This document shows positions 29,928 through 41,088 of a DNA stretch of 64,000 nucleotides, piece after piece. The notes under the pieces were generated by a model. That model was not told where the DNA came from, searched no databases, and saw only the letters and a program-made list of their open reading frames with translations. This stretch comes from an uncultured Methanosarcinales archaeon (GTDB lineage Archaea > Halobacteriota > Methanosarcinia > Methanosarcinales > Methanosarcinaceae), in NCBI GenBank assembly GCA_964560735.1, contig CAZLNG010000005.1:2246-66245 (forward strand). Direction: 5' to 3'. The stretch's first letter is position 1; every line of letters begins with the position of its first letter. The translations under genes were made by a program, and so were the position numbers.

Positions 29928-31081
29928 ATCAGTCGTTTGTTTCTTCCGGTTCTCTTGCGGATTTTTCCCTATGGGACAGGATGAAGGAAAAGAGACGCAT
30001 CCTAGACTTCAAGTTAGAGTTGACTGCTCGCTGCAATAATTACTGCAGTCACTGCTATATCAACCTGCTTGCAGGAGATAAGGTAGCTCAGGAGAAGGAA
30101 CTCAAGTTTGAAGAAATAATGGAAATTGCCGACCAGGCTGTTCAGATGGGTGCTCTCTGGTGTACTATAACTGGAGGCGAACCTTTACTCCGGGAAGACT
30201 TCAAAGAGATTTATACCGGTCTTAAGAAAAAAGGACTCATTATATCGGTGTTCACAAATGCCACCCTTATAAAGGAAGAACATATAGCACTCTTTAAGAA
30301 GTTTCCACCTAAAGATATTGAGGTTACAGTTTACGGAGTTACTATGGAGACTTATGAGGCTGTCACTCGACGCCCTGGATCCTATCAGGCTTTCATGAGA
30401 GGGCTTAACCTACTACTACAAAGTGGCCTTAAAGTACGGCTTAAAGCTATGGCTCTTCGTTCTAATTTTAAAGAGATGCCTCAGATAGCCCAGTTCTGCA
30501 GAGAAAAAACCAAGGATTACTTCAGATTCGATCCGCTTTTAAATCTTAGGTTCGATCTCGACCCGGCAAGAAATTATGAAATAAAGTTGCAGAGGCTTAC
30601 TCCCCAGGAGATCGTAGCCCTGGAGATGGGTGATTCCGAAAGGTTCGATTCTATGGAAAAGAGCTGTGACAAGCTGATTAATCCTGACCTCTGTAATATC
30701 GCTTCTGACAAGCTTTTTCATTGCGGTGCTGGGAGCGGAAGCTTTGTTATTGGGTTTGATGGAAAACTTCGTCTCTGTATGTCCCTCTATAACCCAGAGT
30801 GCATCTATGATCTAAGACAGGGTAACTTAGCCGATGCTTGGCAGAACTTTATTCCAAAAGTAAGGAATATGCAATCCTATGAGAAAAAATTTCTAAGCAC
30901 CTGCAGGATCTGTCCTATAGTTAATCTTTGTCTCTGGTGCCCTGCTAGTTCTTACCTGGAGACTGGTAAAATGGACTCTGTTGTTGAATATTTCTGCCAA
31001 GTGGCACATGAGAGGGCCAAAGCTCTTGGATATGAGAAAGAGAAATATGTTTTCAATCAAGGAGGATTAACACCCAGCTAA
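29924..31081 (+). CDS. Radical SAM/SPASM enzyme
   Basis: CNNYCSHC, TGGEP, HCGAG..LC, CRICPIVNLCLWCPA..FC. Start moved to TTG 29924 (GGAGG SD at 29911, TTGA overlap with the upstream stop). Confidence 0.92.
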   Translation: MNQSFVSSGSLADFSLWDRMKEKRRILDFKLELTARCNNYCSHCYINLLAGDKVAQEKELKFEEIMEIADQAVQMGALWCTITGGEPLLREDFKEIYTGLKKKGLIISVFTNATLIKEEHIALFKKFPPKDIEVTVYGVTMETYEAVTRRPGSYQAFMRGLNLLLQSGLKVRLKAMALRSNFKEMPQIAQFCREKTKDYFRFDPLLNLRFDLDPARNYEIKLQRLTPQEIVALEMGDSERFDSMEKSCDKLINPDLCNIASDKLFHCGAGSGSFVIGFDGKLRLCMSLYNPECIYDLRQGNLADAWQNFIPKVRNMQSYEKKFLSTCRICPIVNLCLWCPASSYLETGKMDSVVEYFCQVAHERAKALGYEKEKYVFNQGGLTPS

Positions 31082-31190
31082 GTTTTCTATTAAAAATGTG
31101 ACTGTGAAGGCTAACTGATACAATTCTCGTTTTTATCCAAGAGTAAATATTAAAAGATATCTCAAATTAGTTCTGTCAAAAAATGCGACC

Positions 31191-33002
31191 ATGACTAAAT
31201 CTACAAGAGAAAAAGTAATTAATACTCTCCACCTTAAAAGATCGCTTTTACTCGTCTGGCGAAGTGCACCATTATGGACACTGGCAAGCTTTTTTCTGGT
31301 AGTGATCCAGGGTGTTTTACCACTTGCTTCTCTATATGTTATGAAACTGATAGTAGACTCTGTAACAGCTGGTATAGATTCACCTGGTACAGAGGTCACT
31401 TTTGAGCATATTCTGTTTCTTATCTCTCTTGCCGGAGGTATTACATTTCTTACTTTTTTGAGCAGTTCAGCCTCAGGTGTAGTTAATGAAGCCCAGGCTG
31501 CTCTGGTTTCAGATCACATTCTGGATATACTCCATACTAAATCAATAGAAGCTGACTTGGAATACTATGAAAATCCTGCGTACTACGATACTCTCCATAG
31601 AGCCCAGAACGATGCTCCTTTCAGGCCGACGCGTATAGTTAATGGTCTGTTTCAGATAGGTCAGAGCAGTATGTCCCTTGTGGCTGTATTGTGGTTACTT
31701 GCCTCTTTTAGCTGGGTTATAGCTGCAGCTCTCATAATAGCAGCCATACCAACAGCCCTTGTCCGCCTTATATACTCAAATAAGACCTACGTCTGGCAGC
31801 GAACCTGTACAGCAAAAGAAAGAAAAACTTGGTACTTCCATTGGCTGCTTACCGGTGAGAGTCACGCTAAAGAAATTCGACTTTTCAATCTTGGACCTTT
31901 ATTCATAAAGAGACATCGCAACCTCCGCAAAGAACTTTTAAATGAACGGCTTTCAATCATTTCTCGAAAAGCTGCAGCAGATCTGGTAGTCCAGACTATT
32001 AATATTATAGCTGTTTTTGGCAGTTTAGTATTCATAACTCTAAGAGCTTTCGAGGGAAGTATAACTCTTGGAGATATGGTCATGTATTTTGGGGCTTTGC
32101 AACAGGGCCAATCGTTTCTCTCAAATCTATTGAATGCTTTTTCAGGGCTTTATGAGGACAATCTCTTCTTGAAAACACTTTATGAATTTCTAGATCTCAA
32201 GCCAACTGTAAAAGAATCCCCAAATCCGATACCTTTGCCTTATGTGATGGAAAAAGGAATTTCTTTCGAAAAAGTCGGATTCTCTTACCCCGGACAGGGA
32301 GCAAAGGCCATCGAGGATATCACTCTTCAAATAAAACCTGGTCAGATTGTAGCTCTAGTTGGAGAAAACGGATCTGGAAAAACAACACTCATAAAACTTC
32401 TCAGCAGACTCTATGACCCTGCGGAAGGAAGGATCACTATAGACGGAATTAATCTTCGTGATCTCGATATACATGATCTACGAAAGCAGATAAGTGTTAT
32501 TTTTCAAGATTATACACACTACAACCTGACCGCCAGAGAAAATATCTGGCTAGGTAATGTGGATGCGCCCGCGGATACAAAAAACATATTGCAAGCAGCG
32601 GAATCTTCAGGGGCTGATTGTGTTATTGGCCACTTGGATAAAGGCTATGAAACGATCCTGGGAAAATGGTTCGAGGAAGGTACAGAGCTGAGTATGGGGG
32701 AATGGCAGAAAATAGCTCTAGCAAGGGCTTTTTTGCGTGACTCTCAAATAATAATTCTCGACGAACCTACGAGCTCCCTTGATCCTAATGCCGAAGATAT
32801 GATATTCAGAAAATTTCGGCAACTTACTGCAGGCAGAACTGCCATAATAATCAGTCACAGGCTCTCAACAGTCAAGATGGCTGATTGTATATATCTCTTG
32901 AAGAATGGGCAGATAGTGGAGAACGGAAATCACGAGTATTTAATGAGTTTAAACGGAGAATACGCTAAACTCTTCAGAACTCAATCTCAATATTATACTT
33001 GA
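31191..33002 (+). CDS. ABC exporter, fused transmembrane and ATP-binding domains
   Basis: Multiple TM segments; GENGSGKT Walker A, LSMGEWQK signature, ILDEPT Walker B, ISHRLST; no C39 peptidase domain. Confidence 0.93.
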   Translation: MTKSTREKVINTLHLKRSLLLVWRSAPLWTLASFFLVVIQGVLPLASLYVMKLIVDSVTAGIDSPGTEVTFEHILFLISLAGGITFLTFLSSSASGVVNEAQAALVSDHILDILHTKSIEADLEYYENPAYYDTLHRAQNDAPFRPTRIVNGLFQIGQSSMSLVAVLWLLASFSWVIAAALIIAAIPTALVRLIYSNKTYVWQRTCTAKERKTWYFHWLLTGESHAKEIRLFNLGPLFIKRHRNLRKELLNERLSIISRKAAADLVVQTINIIAVFGSLVFITLRAFEGSITLGDMVMYFGALQQGQSFLSNLLNAFSGLYEDNLFLKTLYEFLDLKPTVKESPNPIPLPYVMEKGISFEKVGFSYPGQGAKAIEDITLQIKPGQIVALVGENGSGKTTLIKLLSRLYDPAEGRITIDGINLRDLDIHDLRKQISVIFQDYTHYNLTARENIWLGNVDAPADTKNILQAAESSGADCVIGHLDKGYETILGKWFEEGTELSMGEWQKIALARAFLRDSQIIILDEPTSSLDPNAEDMIFRKFRQLTAGRTAIIISHRLSTVKMADCIYLLKNGQIVENGNHEYLMSLNGEYAKLFRTQSQYYT

Positions 33003-34267
33003 GGGAATGTACCCTGGAGGCTGTTAATATGATCCAGCTGAATTTGTCACCTGAGGATAAACTCGTTTTATATTGTTCAAGGATAGATATTTGTGAGGAT
33101 GTTAAACATAAAATTGAGGAAATTTTGAATAATAATCTGGATTGGAAATATATCATAAATTGTTGTGTAAAGCAAGGAATATCACCCCTATTTTACTGGA
33201 ATTTGAGCAGGATTGACAAAGATAAAAGTTTGCCTTATGAAGTTGTTAGAAATTTGGAGGAAATGTATTACAGTAATCTTGCTCGAAATGTATTGTTCTA
33301 TGACGAGTTGGGTAAGGTTCTTACAGCTTTTAAAAGAGCAAGCGTTGATGCGATAGTCCTGAAAGGAGCTTTTCTAGCAGAAGAAATTTATAAAAATATT
33401 GGATTAAGATCGATGACTGATATCGACTTGTTAATAAAGGAAGAGGATCTTCAAAAAGTCGAATATGAGTTAACAAAGCTGAAATATTCTGCAATAAAAG
33501 TAATCTTTCCAACGAAGTTGCATGAGAAATTCCAAACTGTGTGGACTAATGAACTGCAATTTATACATGAGGCTAAAAAAATTATTATTGAAATTCATTG
33601 GGGCATTCAACCACCTCAAATTCATCTTAATGTCGACATCAATAAATTCTGGGAAAACTCAAAACCAACCAGGATTGCCGGTATTGACACATTAACACTT
33701 TCTTCTGAAGATTTGTTGCAATATCTTTGCCTTCATCTTCAAAAGCATCTTACTTCTATGGATGCCCCCCCCGCTAAACCACTTAGAGACTATTGTGATA
33801 TCGCTGGGGTTACAAAGCATTACGAGGATACAATTAATTGGAACCTTCTTCTGCAAAGCTCAAAGAGCGACGGTATAGAAGATCCCGTATTCCAGAATTT
33901 GTTGATTGCCAGTAGATACTTTGGAGCATTTATTCCGGAAAATATTATCTTAAAGCTTGAGACTGTTAAACCTGCTGTTTACTTTGAAGAGATATTTAAT
34001 GGAACAATAAAGGAAACTTCTAATCAAAGAGGATCGTGGGATGTATTTGATTATTTTACAAATTTAAAAAAAGTAGACGGAACTTGGAATAAAATATGTA
34101 TTCTATTTGGAAATGTTTTTCCATCTAAAGAGTTTATTATATACTCTTATTCTATAAAAAATGAGAAGTGCTATTATTTTCATTATTTGACTCGTATAAA
34201 TACAGTTTTACATCTTGGATTATCTATATTTAGTAAACAACTAAGGAAAATCCTTTTCCATCTTTAA
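32999..34267 (+). CDS. Nucleotidyltransferase family protein (NTP_transf_5-like)
   Basis: IVLKGAFL..YKNIGLRSMTDIDLLI and IEIHW motifs; start is TTG 32999 or ATG 33029. Confidence 0.88.
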   Translation: MRECTLEAVNMIQLNLSPEDKLVLYCSRIDICEDVKHKIEEILNNNLDWKYIINCCVKQGISPLFYWNLSRIDKDKSLPYEVVRNLEEMYYSNLARNVLFYDELGKVLTAFKRASVDAIVLKGAFLAEEIYKNIGLRSMTDIDLLIKEEDLQKVEYELTKLKYSAIKVIFPTKLHEKFQTVWTNELQFIHEAKKIIIEIHWGIQPPQIHLNVDINKFWENSKPTRIAGIDTLTLSSEDLLQYLCLHLQKHLTSMDAPPAKPLRDYCDIAGVTKHYEDTINWNLLLQSSKSDGIEDPVFQNLLIASRYFGAFIPENIILKLETVKPAVYFEEIFNGTIKETSNQRGSWDVFDYFTNLKKVDGTWNKICILFGNVFPSKEFIIYSYSIKNEKCYYFHYLTRINTVLHLGLSIFSKQLRKILFHL

Positions 34268-34343
34268 TATATTTATAAGAAACCTTATACTGGATAAAAA
34301 TAGAGTATTGTATAGTAATTAGAAGATTGAAGTTAAATAAATA

Positions 34344-34416
34344 TAGCCCGGCACGGATTCGAACCGAGGTTGCAGGATCCAGAGTCCCGCATGATTGACC
34401 ACTACACTACCGGGCT
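34344..34416 (-). tRNA. tRNA-Gln(CTG)
   Basis: AGCCCGGTAGTGTAGTGGTCAATCATGCGGGACTCTGGATCCTGCAACCTCGGTTCGAATCCGTGCCGGGCTA; A1-U72 pair typical of archaeal tRNA-Gln. Confidence 0.93.
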
Positions 34417-34575
34417 TCTATGGTTTTTCGCTGTGGGGCTCATTTCTTTCGCCCTGAAGCGTATCTTCTAAAGGAGGGTTTTATATAAATAGTTTTCGGA
34501 TGGAGACGCCTTGTTTCTTAAACAATAGCATTAAAAAAGTTATAATTCCTATTATAGGCTTTTTTGTAAGTCCTA

Positions 34576-34983
34576 TTATAGGCTTTCTTCCGGTTGATTG
34601 AGAACAGCAGTCCACCACCAGCGGGCCATATCTATAAGGTCTTTTGAGAACTGTCCTGAAAGTCTGTATTCTTTATTTTTTATCGAAATAAGCCCGGCTC
34701 CAAGCAGTTTATTACGCATGGCATAAAATGAAGCACGTCCTACCTGGAGTTCTTCCAGAATAGTTTTCCATTCATCAGTTCGAATTGCATTTCCTGAAGC
34801 CTGCCGCTCTTCAATAATTGTCAGAAACTTTTGACCCCTAACAGCAGTGGCATCTTCTTGAAAAATACGTCGCATAAGTCCATAATAAGGATCCCTTGAG
34901 TGACTTATACGAGTATTGGCATCCGATCGCACAACGATAGTCGTTGCTGTTCTTGGTGCGTTTTTCACGAGTGACATTTTCAT
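34576..34983 (-). CDS. Conserved hypothetical protein, possible HTH
   Basis: 135-aa clean ORF downstream of the DUF2551-like gene. Confidence 0.8.
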   Translation of the reverse strand: MKMSLVKNAPRTATTIVVRSDANTRISHSRDPYYGLMRRIFQEDATAVRGQKFLTIIEERQASGNAIRTDEWKTILEELQVGRASFYAMRNKLLGAGLISIKNKEYRLSGQFSKDLIDMARWWWTAVLNQPEESL

Positions 34984-35011
34984 CAGAAGAGTTCGTTAAA
35001 TAGCAAACTTC

Positions 35012-35341
35012 TTAGGCTGTAGATTCTGTGGATGTCTTTGAGGAGTTAACAATCTTCATAAGCAGATCGATATACTCTTCTCTTAGAAGGTAAACTATGG
35101 GAGTTTTATAGGACTCTTTATGGGCTCTTAAAATTCCAAGTTTCGAATGAATGTATCCTACCATGGATGCAACCGTGTTCCTTGAAACGCTATATCTATT
35201 TGAGAGCATCTCATGTAATTCATCTATAGTTGCTTTCTTTACCTTTATGAATATGCAGAGGATAGCTCTTCGATATCCACTGGTGTCTACTTCAAGAAAC
35301 TTCTCTAGCCTGGATTTAATTTTAGTTCGGATGGATGCCAT
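35012..35341 (-). CDS. DUF2551-like winged-helix protein
   Basis: VASMVGYIHSKLGIL motif; AGGTGG SD. Confidence 0.8.
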   Translation of the reverse strand: MASIRTKIKSRLEKFLEVDTSGYRRAILCIFIKVKKATIDELHEMLSNRYSVSRNTVASMVGYIHSKLGILRAHKESYKTPIVYLLREEYIDLLMKIVNSSKTSTESTA

Positions 35342-36199
35342 TAATTACCACCTTTACTGACGTAGTAAACTATCTCAGTTATAACCCTATATATAGGTTT
35401 GTAAATTTATTCGTTCTGATGAGAATGGATATGAGAATCATATCTCAAACAATTTTACATTATTTTAAGTCCATTTTTGTATATTTATATATTCTTTCTC
35501 TAATATATCGCTTTTTATATCAGAGTATAATTCGTGCGTTTAGATATGTTTCAAAGATTTTTCACTAGTCTTTCCATTTATGTACATTACATATATGTTA
35601 TGTTTTCAACCGTTTATTTTGGTAAAAACTTGCACTAATAAACAAGAAAAACTCTTACTTTCAAAATCAAAATTTTGAATACTTAGTTAATATATTTACC
35701 TAAGTACAATATTATTTTCTTATGACAAAATATATTAAGTTTGTGTTCATCGTCATTTGACTATCTAGTTTTAGTTCGTTCTTTCCAGTGAACTATGGTT
35801 TCCCAGCAGTTTCATAGCCTAAATTTATATATACAATTCGAAAGATGAATATCCTGGTTAAGATTTAGTTTATTCCTAATGTCTCAGCATGAGCAGGCTT
35901 TTCAAGAAAGCTACAATGAAGAAGAGACACTTAATTATACTATTTAAAATCCGATTCGTAAGCGATCTTGCGGCGTAATTCTCATATCAGAATTATGAGG
36001 AAACAATCAATGAAGGAAAAATGGATCTATGATGAAAAGATGGGAGTAATTAGAATTACGGTAATAAAAGCTTCTTTGCCAAAAAGGAGATCAATATTAA
36101 TAAGTTTATAACCTTTAAACAGAAAAGTAAAAAGGATTAAACTAGAAAACGTGAAACTAATCTTGCAAGTTTCTCATCACCTCATTCGGGAGTGAATAA

Positions 36200-36664
36200 A
36201 TGGAATATAACTATGAACTCAGAGGAAATAACCTTTTTATTGGAGGGAACCGAATATCTGCGTATAGCCTGGAGGAAAATGAGATTGGGAACTGCAGTAG
36301 GTGTGACTCAACTCTTATGAGTTTAAGTTATCACTCTTCAGGGGAAACAATTGTAGTCGCAACAAAATGTATTTCATGCGGATCTTTTTACGTAAATATA
36401 TATGATTCCGGATGGAATTGGGTAGATGAAAAACCTTTAGCCCTAATTCCAATCCCAATTCCTATAAGTAACAGGATAATTGACAGCCGTAAGGAACTTG
36501 AGGCAATTCCCATTAAAAAACTTGAAGCCGTATTTTCCAGAGGAGAAATAGAAGCTCTTTTTGCCAGAGCAAAAGATGAAACTCCTGTCCGTCAGTATCT
36601 GTACAGAGCCCGCAAAAAATATGAACTCTTTGAAGAAATATTTGATCTCAAATTAGAGTTATAA
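36200..36664 (+). CDS. Conserved hypothetical protein with CxxC...CxxC
   Basis: CSRC...CISCG; GGGAGTGA SD. Confidence 0.8.
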   Translation: MEYNYELRGNNLFIGGNRISAYSLEENEIGNCSRCDSTLMSLSYHSSGETIVVATKCISCGSFYVNIYDSGWNWVDEKPLALIPIPIPISNRIIDSRKELEAIPIKKLEAVFSRGEIEALFARAKDETPVRQYLYRARKKYELFEEIFDLKLEL

Positions 36665-38992
36665 TTTAGTTACATATTTTTTCCTTTATTTTATTCTTCC
36701 TGAATGGAGAAAAAAATAATCAGAGATTATTTAATGTAATTATATTATAATACATGCATAATATGCTTAGATAAGCGGGCATAAATAAAAAAAAGTAAAT
36801 TAAATTAAGCAAAATAAAAACATAATTATTAAAAATGATATAATAAAAGTTATTAATTAAAAATTTTTATATAAACATATAAAAATAAATCATTACTTTT
36901 TTGAAGATTACTTTTTTAAACTTATTTTTCTGGATTTATCTAAGTTTAAGGAAATACGTATTTAACGAAATTTGAGACTATATATAAAAACATTTTGATT
37001 TCAAAATACACACTGGATTTTCAATAGACGAATTTTGACCTATGTGTTTTAAACTAAATTTCACATGTAAATGCTACACTATTGAAATGAAAAAATATTA
37101 TATAAATATATATCAATAAAAATTAAGATTCTATATATGTTCTGAAGTGAAAAATTGAAAAATATATAAAGGTCAAAAAAGTATAAATGGTAAAAATTCA
37201 ACGAATAAATACTGTTGAAAAAAGGCAACTTGAATGTGTTATCAATTTAGTCGTAAAGTAATCCTGGATTTGAATATTTCTTTTCAAAAAATTAGAGCTG
37301 ACTTTTAAGTGAACAAAATGACAAATTCATAATAAATATAATGAGAAATTATAACTAACTGTAATAAATATGTTTTAGCACCATCTAATTAATTTTTTTG
37401 ATGGGATTTCTATTATCTCAGAGAAGCTGGAAATAACTATTCCTATATCATATGTGCACAGTTTTTTATTGTATGCTTACATTATGATTTTGACCCTCTT
37501 TTGTTAAGCCATTCATTCTACATACTATAAGAATGTACCTTGTTCTGCCGATAGACGCCTTATTAAATGCAAAAATGTATAGAGAAAAATTTGTACATAT
37601 CAGCAAACAATTCATTCATAGTAACTATAGGTATGTCAGTTTATTCCCCTAACACCCTACAAAGTCAGATAAGATCGTATGAACCGATACTTTAAGAATT
37701 AGTTTGTCCAATGGCCAGAATTTTTATAACAGTGGCCGGTTTTTTTGCTATGTGTTTATTCATTAGTTTAACTCAAAGAGTCTACCCTATCTAATCAATA
37801 AATTAATTTATAAATATAGGCATAATTAATATAAAATTTGTTATTAATAGACAAACTTAATACACTAAAGTAATATTTGCATATAAATATCAATTTAAAT
37901 AGATATTAAAAACATATTTTTGATTATACAATATGAGTAATGTATTTTAGTTGTAGCTAAATTTAAACTTGTATTTTATACATATACCATATAACACATA
38001 TTTATATTATGTAACGCAATTATATGATTGCTTTTAAAAACATCTAATGTTATATGCATATTAACAGATTGATTATAATAAAAGACTGCACTTTAAATAA
38101 TATATTGAATAATATGTAATTAATAGCATATAATATAAAATAATTATTTATTTTTTAATTATATTTTCCTGCCTTTGGAGAAATTATATTAAAATATATA
38201 CATTAAAAAACAGACTATATCTATGATATTTATGTTTTTAATACATTTGAACATGTAGTCATGATTAACACATACAAAGTAATTATTTTAATATATATAC
38301 CGGTTAATAGTTAACTGCTACAAAAGTTTGAGATAATAAAATAATGCATTTAATGTATGCTTAATTAAATTTGCTTTAAAATACCATATTTATTTTATAA
38401 ATTATAGTTAGTATGTTTTTTGTATACTATCGTTAAAAACATATTATTTAATATACACCATTTAAACCTAATTTATCTGGCATACAAAGTTTATATAGAA
38501 TTGAATTCATAATTTTGAAGAGATCCCAACTTTCAAAGTTTATAAATAATAATTGTTCAGTAAAATAAGGCAAAGTAAAAATTTGAAATAATTTGTAGAG
38601 GTAGCAGAAATTCTATTAAAGATATTATATTTGCATATAATTATATAATTAGTTTTCGAGCGTAACTGATACACTACTTGAATGAAGAAGGATAGGAAAC
38701 ACATAGATAAACAATATATAATTTGAACTATCTTACAGGAAATATCTCAACTTATTTTTTATTTTTCACAAAGTTCCCTATAATACAAAAAAACACCATT
38801 ATTATAGTTATAATGATAAATAATTATAATAGCAGCAAAGGATTATTATTACTATCTGTAATATTTCAGTTAAGTATCTTCTACTCAAATTGACCGGATA
38901 ATTACATGATATCATAGAGAAGATAACAATAATCTCAGACTAATAGAATTAATTGCAATAAAATTTATCTTAAAGTTAATGCAGGGTATGAT

Positions 38993-40555
38993 ATGCTTGA
39001 AAATATTGATCTGTCACTGACAGTAAAAAATGAGGAATATAAAGAAAGTATTAAAAATCTTGAAATTAAACTTGGAGAACTTCAAAGGAAAGCCTGGGAA
39101 TTGAAAATTCCTATAATTTTTATTTTTGAAGGCTGGCATGCATCCGGGATGGGAGAAGATATCAATCGTTTCATTCTACCCCTTGATCCAAGGGGATATG
39201 ATTTTCATACCATGACCTTGCCCTGTTATGAGAACATCCTCAAACCTTTTCTCCTGAATTTTTGGGCTCATATTCCTATAAGAGGAAAAATAGCAATTTT
39301 TGACCGGAGCTGGTATAGCAGGGCAGTCGTAAAGCATTTCAGGAAGGAAAAATCCAGAGAAAAATTTGAGAAATGCCTTGACGAAATTAATTGGTTCGAA
39401 CGCCAGCTCTCAGATGATGGATACCTTATACTCAAATACTTTCTCCATATAAGCGAAAAAGAGCAGGAAAATCGATTAAAAGAAATCAAGAAAAAAGGTA
39501 TACCCCTGATCCTTGGTGAATATGAAAAGGAAAATGGAAAGGCAAACGGAAAGGTAAACGGTAAAGAAAAAAAAGGAAAGGAAAACGGTAAAGAACTTGA
39601 TTTTATTTATGAGTATGAGGAGTATCTGCCAGTTATAGAAAAAGTACTGGAAAAAACAGACTTTCCATATGCGTCCTGGAATATAGTGGAAGCAAACGAC
39701 AGAAACTTTGCAACTCTCAAAATAATCACTACAGCAATCCAGGCAATCGAGAAGCATATTGAACAGATAACTATGACTCCAGGACAGCAAACAATAAAAT
39801 ATCTGAACATAGACGCATCAAATCTTCCCGAAATTGGCGGTTCTATTCTGGATAAAACAGATCTGTCAAAATCACTCTCCATTGAAGCCTATGCAGAATC
39901 CAAGAAGTTTTATCAACAAAAACTTGAAAGCCTTCAGTACGAACTTTTCAGGAAAGGGCGCTCCCTGGTTATAATTTTTGAAGGCTGGGATGCTGCCGGC
40001 AAAGGAGGAGCTATTCACCGCCTGGTTGAAGAGCTGAATCCCAGAGTATACAGAGTAATACCCGTGGGAGCTCCTAATGACTTTGAGAAAGCTCATCAGT
40101 ATCTATGGCGTTTCTGTGAGGGGATTCCTCAGGAAGGACATATAACTATTTTTGACAGGAGCTGGTATGGACGAGTTCTGGTCGAAAAAGTAGAGAAACT
40201 ATGCAATGAAGAAGAATTTAGACGCGCCTATAGAGAAATAAATGAATTCGAAAATATCCTTTCAGGGACAGGAGCAATTATCCTCAAATTCTGGCTCCAT
40301 CTGGATAAAGATACTCAACTTGAGCGTTTCAAGAGCCGACAGAATGACCTCAAGAAAACCTGGAAAATAACAGACGAAGACTGGCGGAACCGAAGCAAAT
40401 GGGACCCCTATAAAGCCGCAGCAGATGAGATGCTCCAGAAGACTAGTACAATAACTGCCCCCTGGGTTATCGTGGAGTCCAACGATAAACTTTATTCCAG
40501 AATAAAAGTCCTTAAAGTGATCTCAGAAACCCTGCAAAGGGAATTGAAAACCTGA
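38993..40555 (+). CDS. Polyphosphate kinase 2 family, two-domain polyphosphate:AMP phosphotransferase
   Basis: Two PPK2 domains: FEGWHASGMG/FDRSWY and FEGWDAAGKGG/FDRSWYGRVLVE, WKITDEDWRNR. Confidence 0.92.
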   Translation: MLENIDLSLTVKNEEYKESIKNLEIKLGELQRKAWELKIPIIFIFEGWHASGMGEDINRFILPLDPRGYDFHTMTLPCYENILKPFLLNFWAHIPIRGKIAIFDRSWYSRAVVKHFRKEKSREKFEKCLDEINWFERQLSDDGYLILKYFLHISEKEQENRLKEIKKKGIPLILGEYEKENGKANGKVNGKEKKGKENGKELDFIYEYEEYLPVIEKVLEKTDFPYASWNIVEANDRNFATLKIITTAIQAIEKHIEQITMTPGQQTIKYLNIDASNLPEIGGSILDKTDLSKSLSIEAYAESKKFYQQKLESLQYELFRKGRSLVIIFEGWDAAGKGGAIHRLVEELNPRVYRVIPVGAPNDFEKAHQYLWRFCEGIPQEGHITIFDRSWYGRVLVEKVEKLCNEEEFRRAYREINEFENILSGTGAIILKFWLHLDKDTQLERFKSRQNDLKKTWKITDEDWRNRSKWDPYKAAADEMLQKTSTITAPWVIVESNDKLYSRIKVLKVISETLQRELKT

Positions 40556-40590
40556 TTTTTTGAAAGTCTTATCTCAAAAAATTTTAAGAT

Positions 40591-41088
40591 TCACTTCGGA
40601 ACTTTCGGGCTAATTTTAGTACCCGGAAAATTCCTAATTTTATCAGGATCTGTTTCAACCTTTGCTGAATCCTTTTCGGCTCTTTCAGAATCTTTTTCGA
40701 TGCTCTGCTTTTCCATTTTATGCCTGCGAAGAGCCACATCAATACTTTTTAGAAGATCCCTTTCATCGAAGGGCTTTACGATATAGCCGGAGGGATTGGT
40801 CTCCCACGCTTTTTCTACGATTTTGTGTTCAGAACAGGCAGTCAGATAAACTACCGGAATATCAAAAAGAGATCTTATTTCCTTTGCTGCCTCTATGCCG
40901 TTCACATCACCCTTTAACATGATATCCATCAGTACAAGATCCGGAAGGGTGCTCTTAGCTTTTCTTATAGCATCTTCTCCCGAAGAAGCAATACCTTCAA
41001 CTGTATACCCCAGGGTAATTAACATTCGCTTTATTCCCATTGCGACTATACGTTCATCTTCGACAATCAGAACTCTTCCTTCTGCCAT
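40591..41088 (-). CDS. Response regulator (receiver domain)
   Basis: VEDE, DLVLMDI, YLTA, YIVKPF. Confidence 0.92.
   Translation of the reverse strand: MAEGRVLIVEDERIVAMGIKRMLITLGYTVEGIASSGEDAIRKAKSTLPDLVLMDIMLKGDVNGIEAAKEIRSLFDIPVVYLTACSEHKIVEKAWETNPSGYIVKPFDERDLLKSIDVALRRHKMEKQSIEKDSERAEKDSAKVETDPDKIRNFPGTKISPKVPK

Noticed and set aside
24689..34267. Lasso peptide or PQQ biosynthesis assignment
   Set aside because: No asparagine-synthetase-like cyclase or transglutaminase-like B2 protein, no PqqB/PqqC, and the precursors lack the PqqA ExxxY motif.
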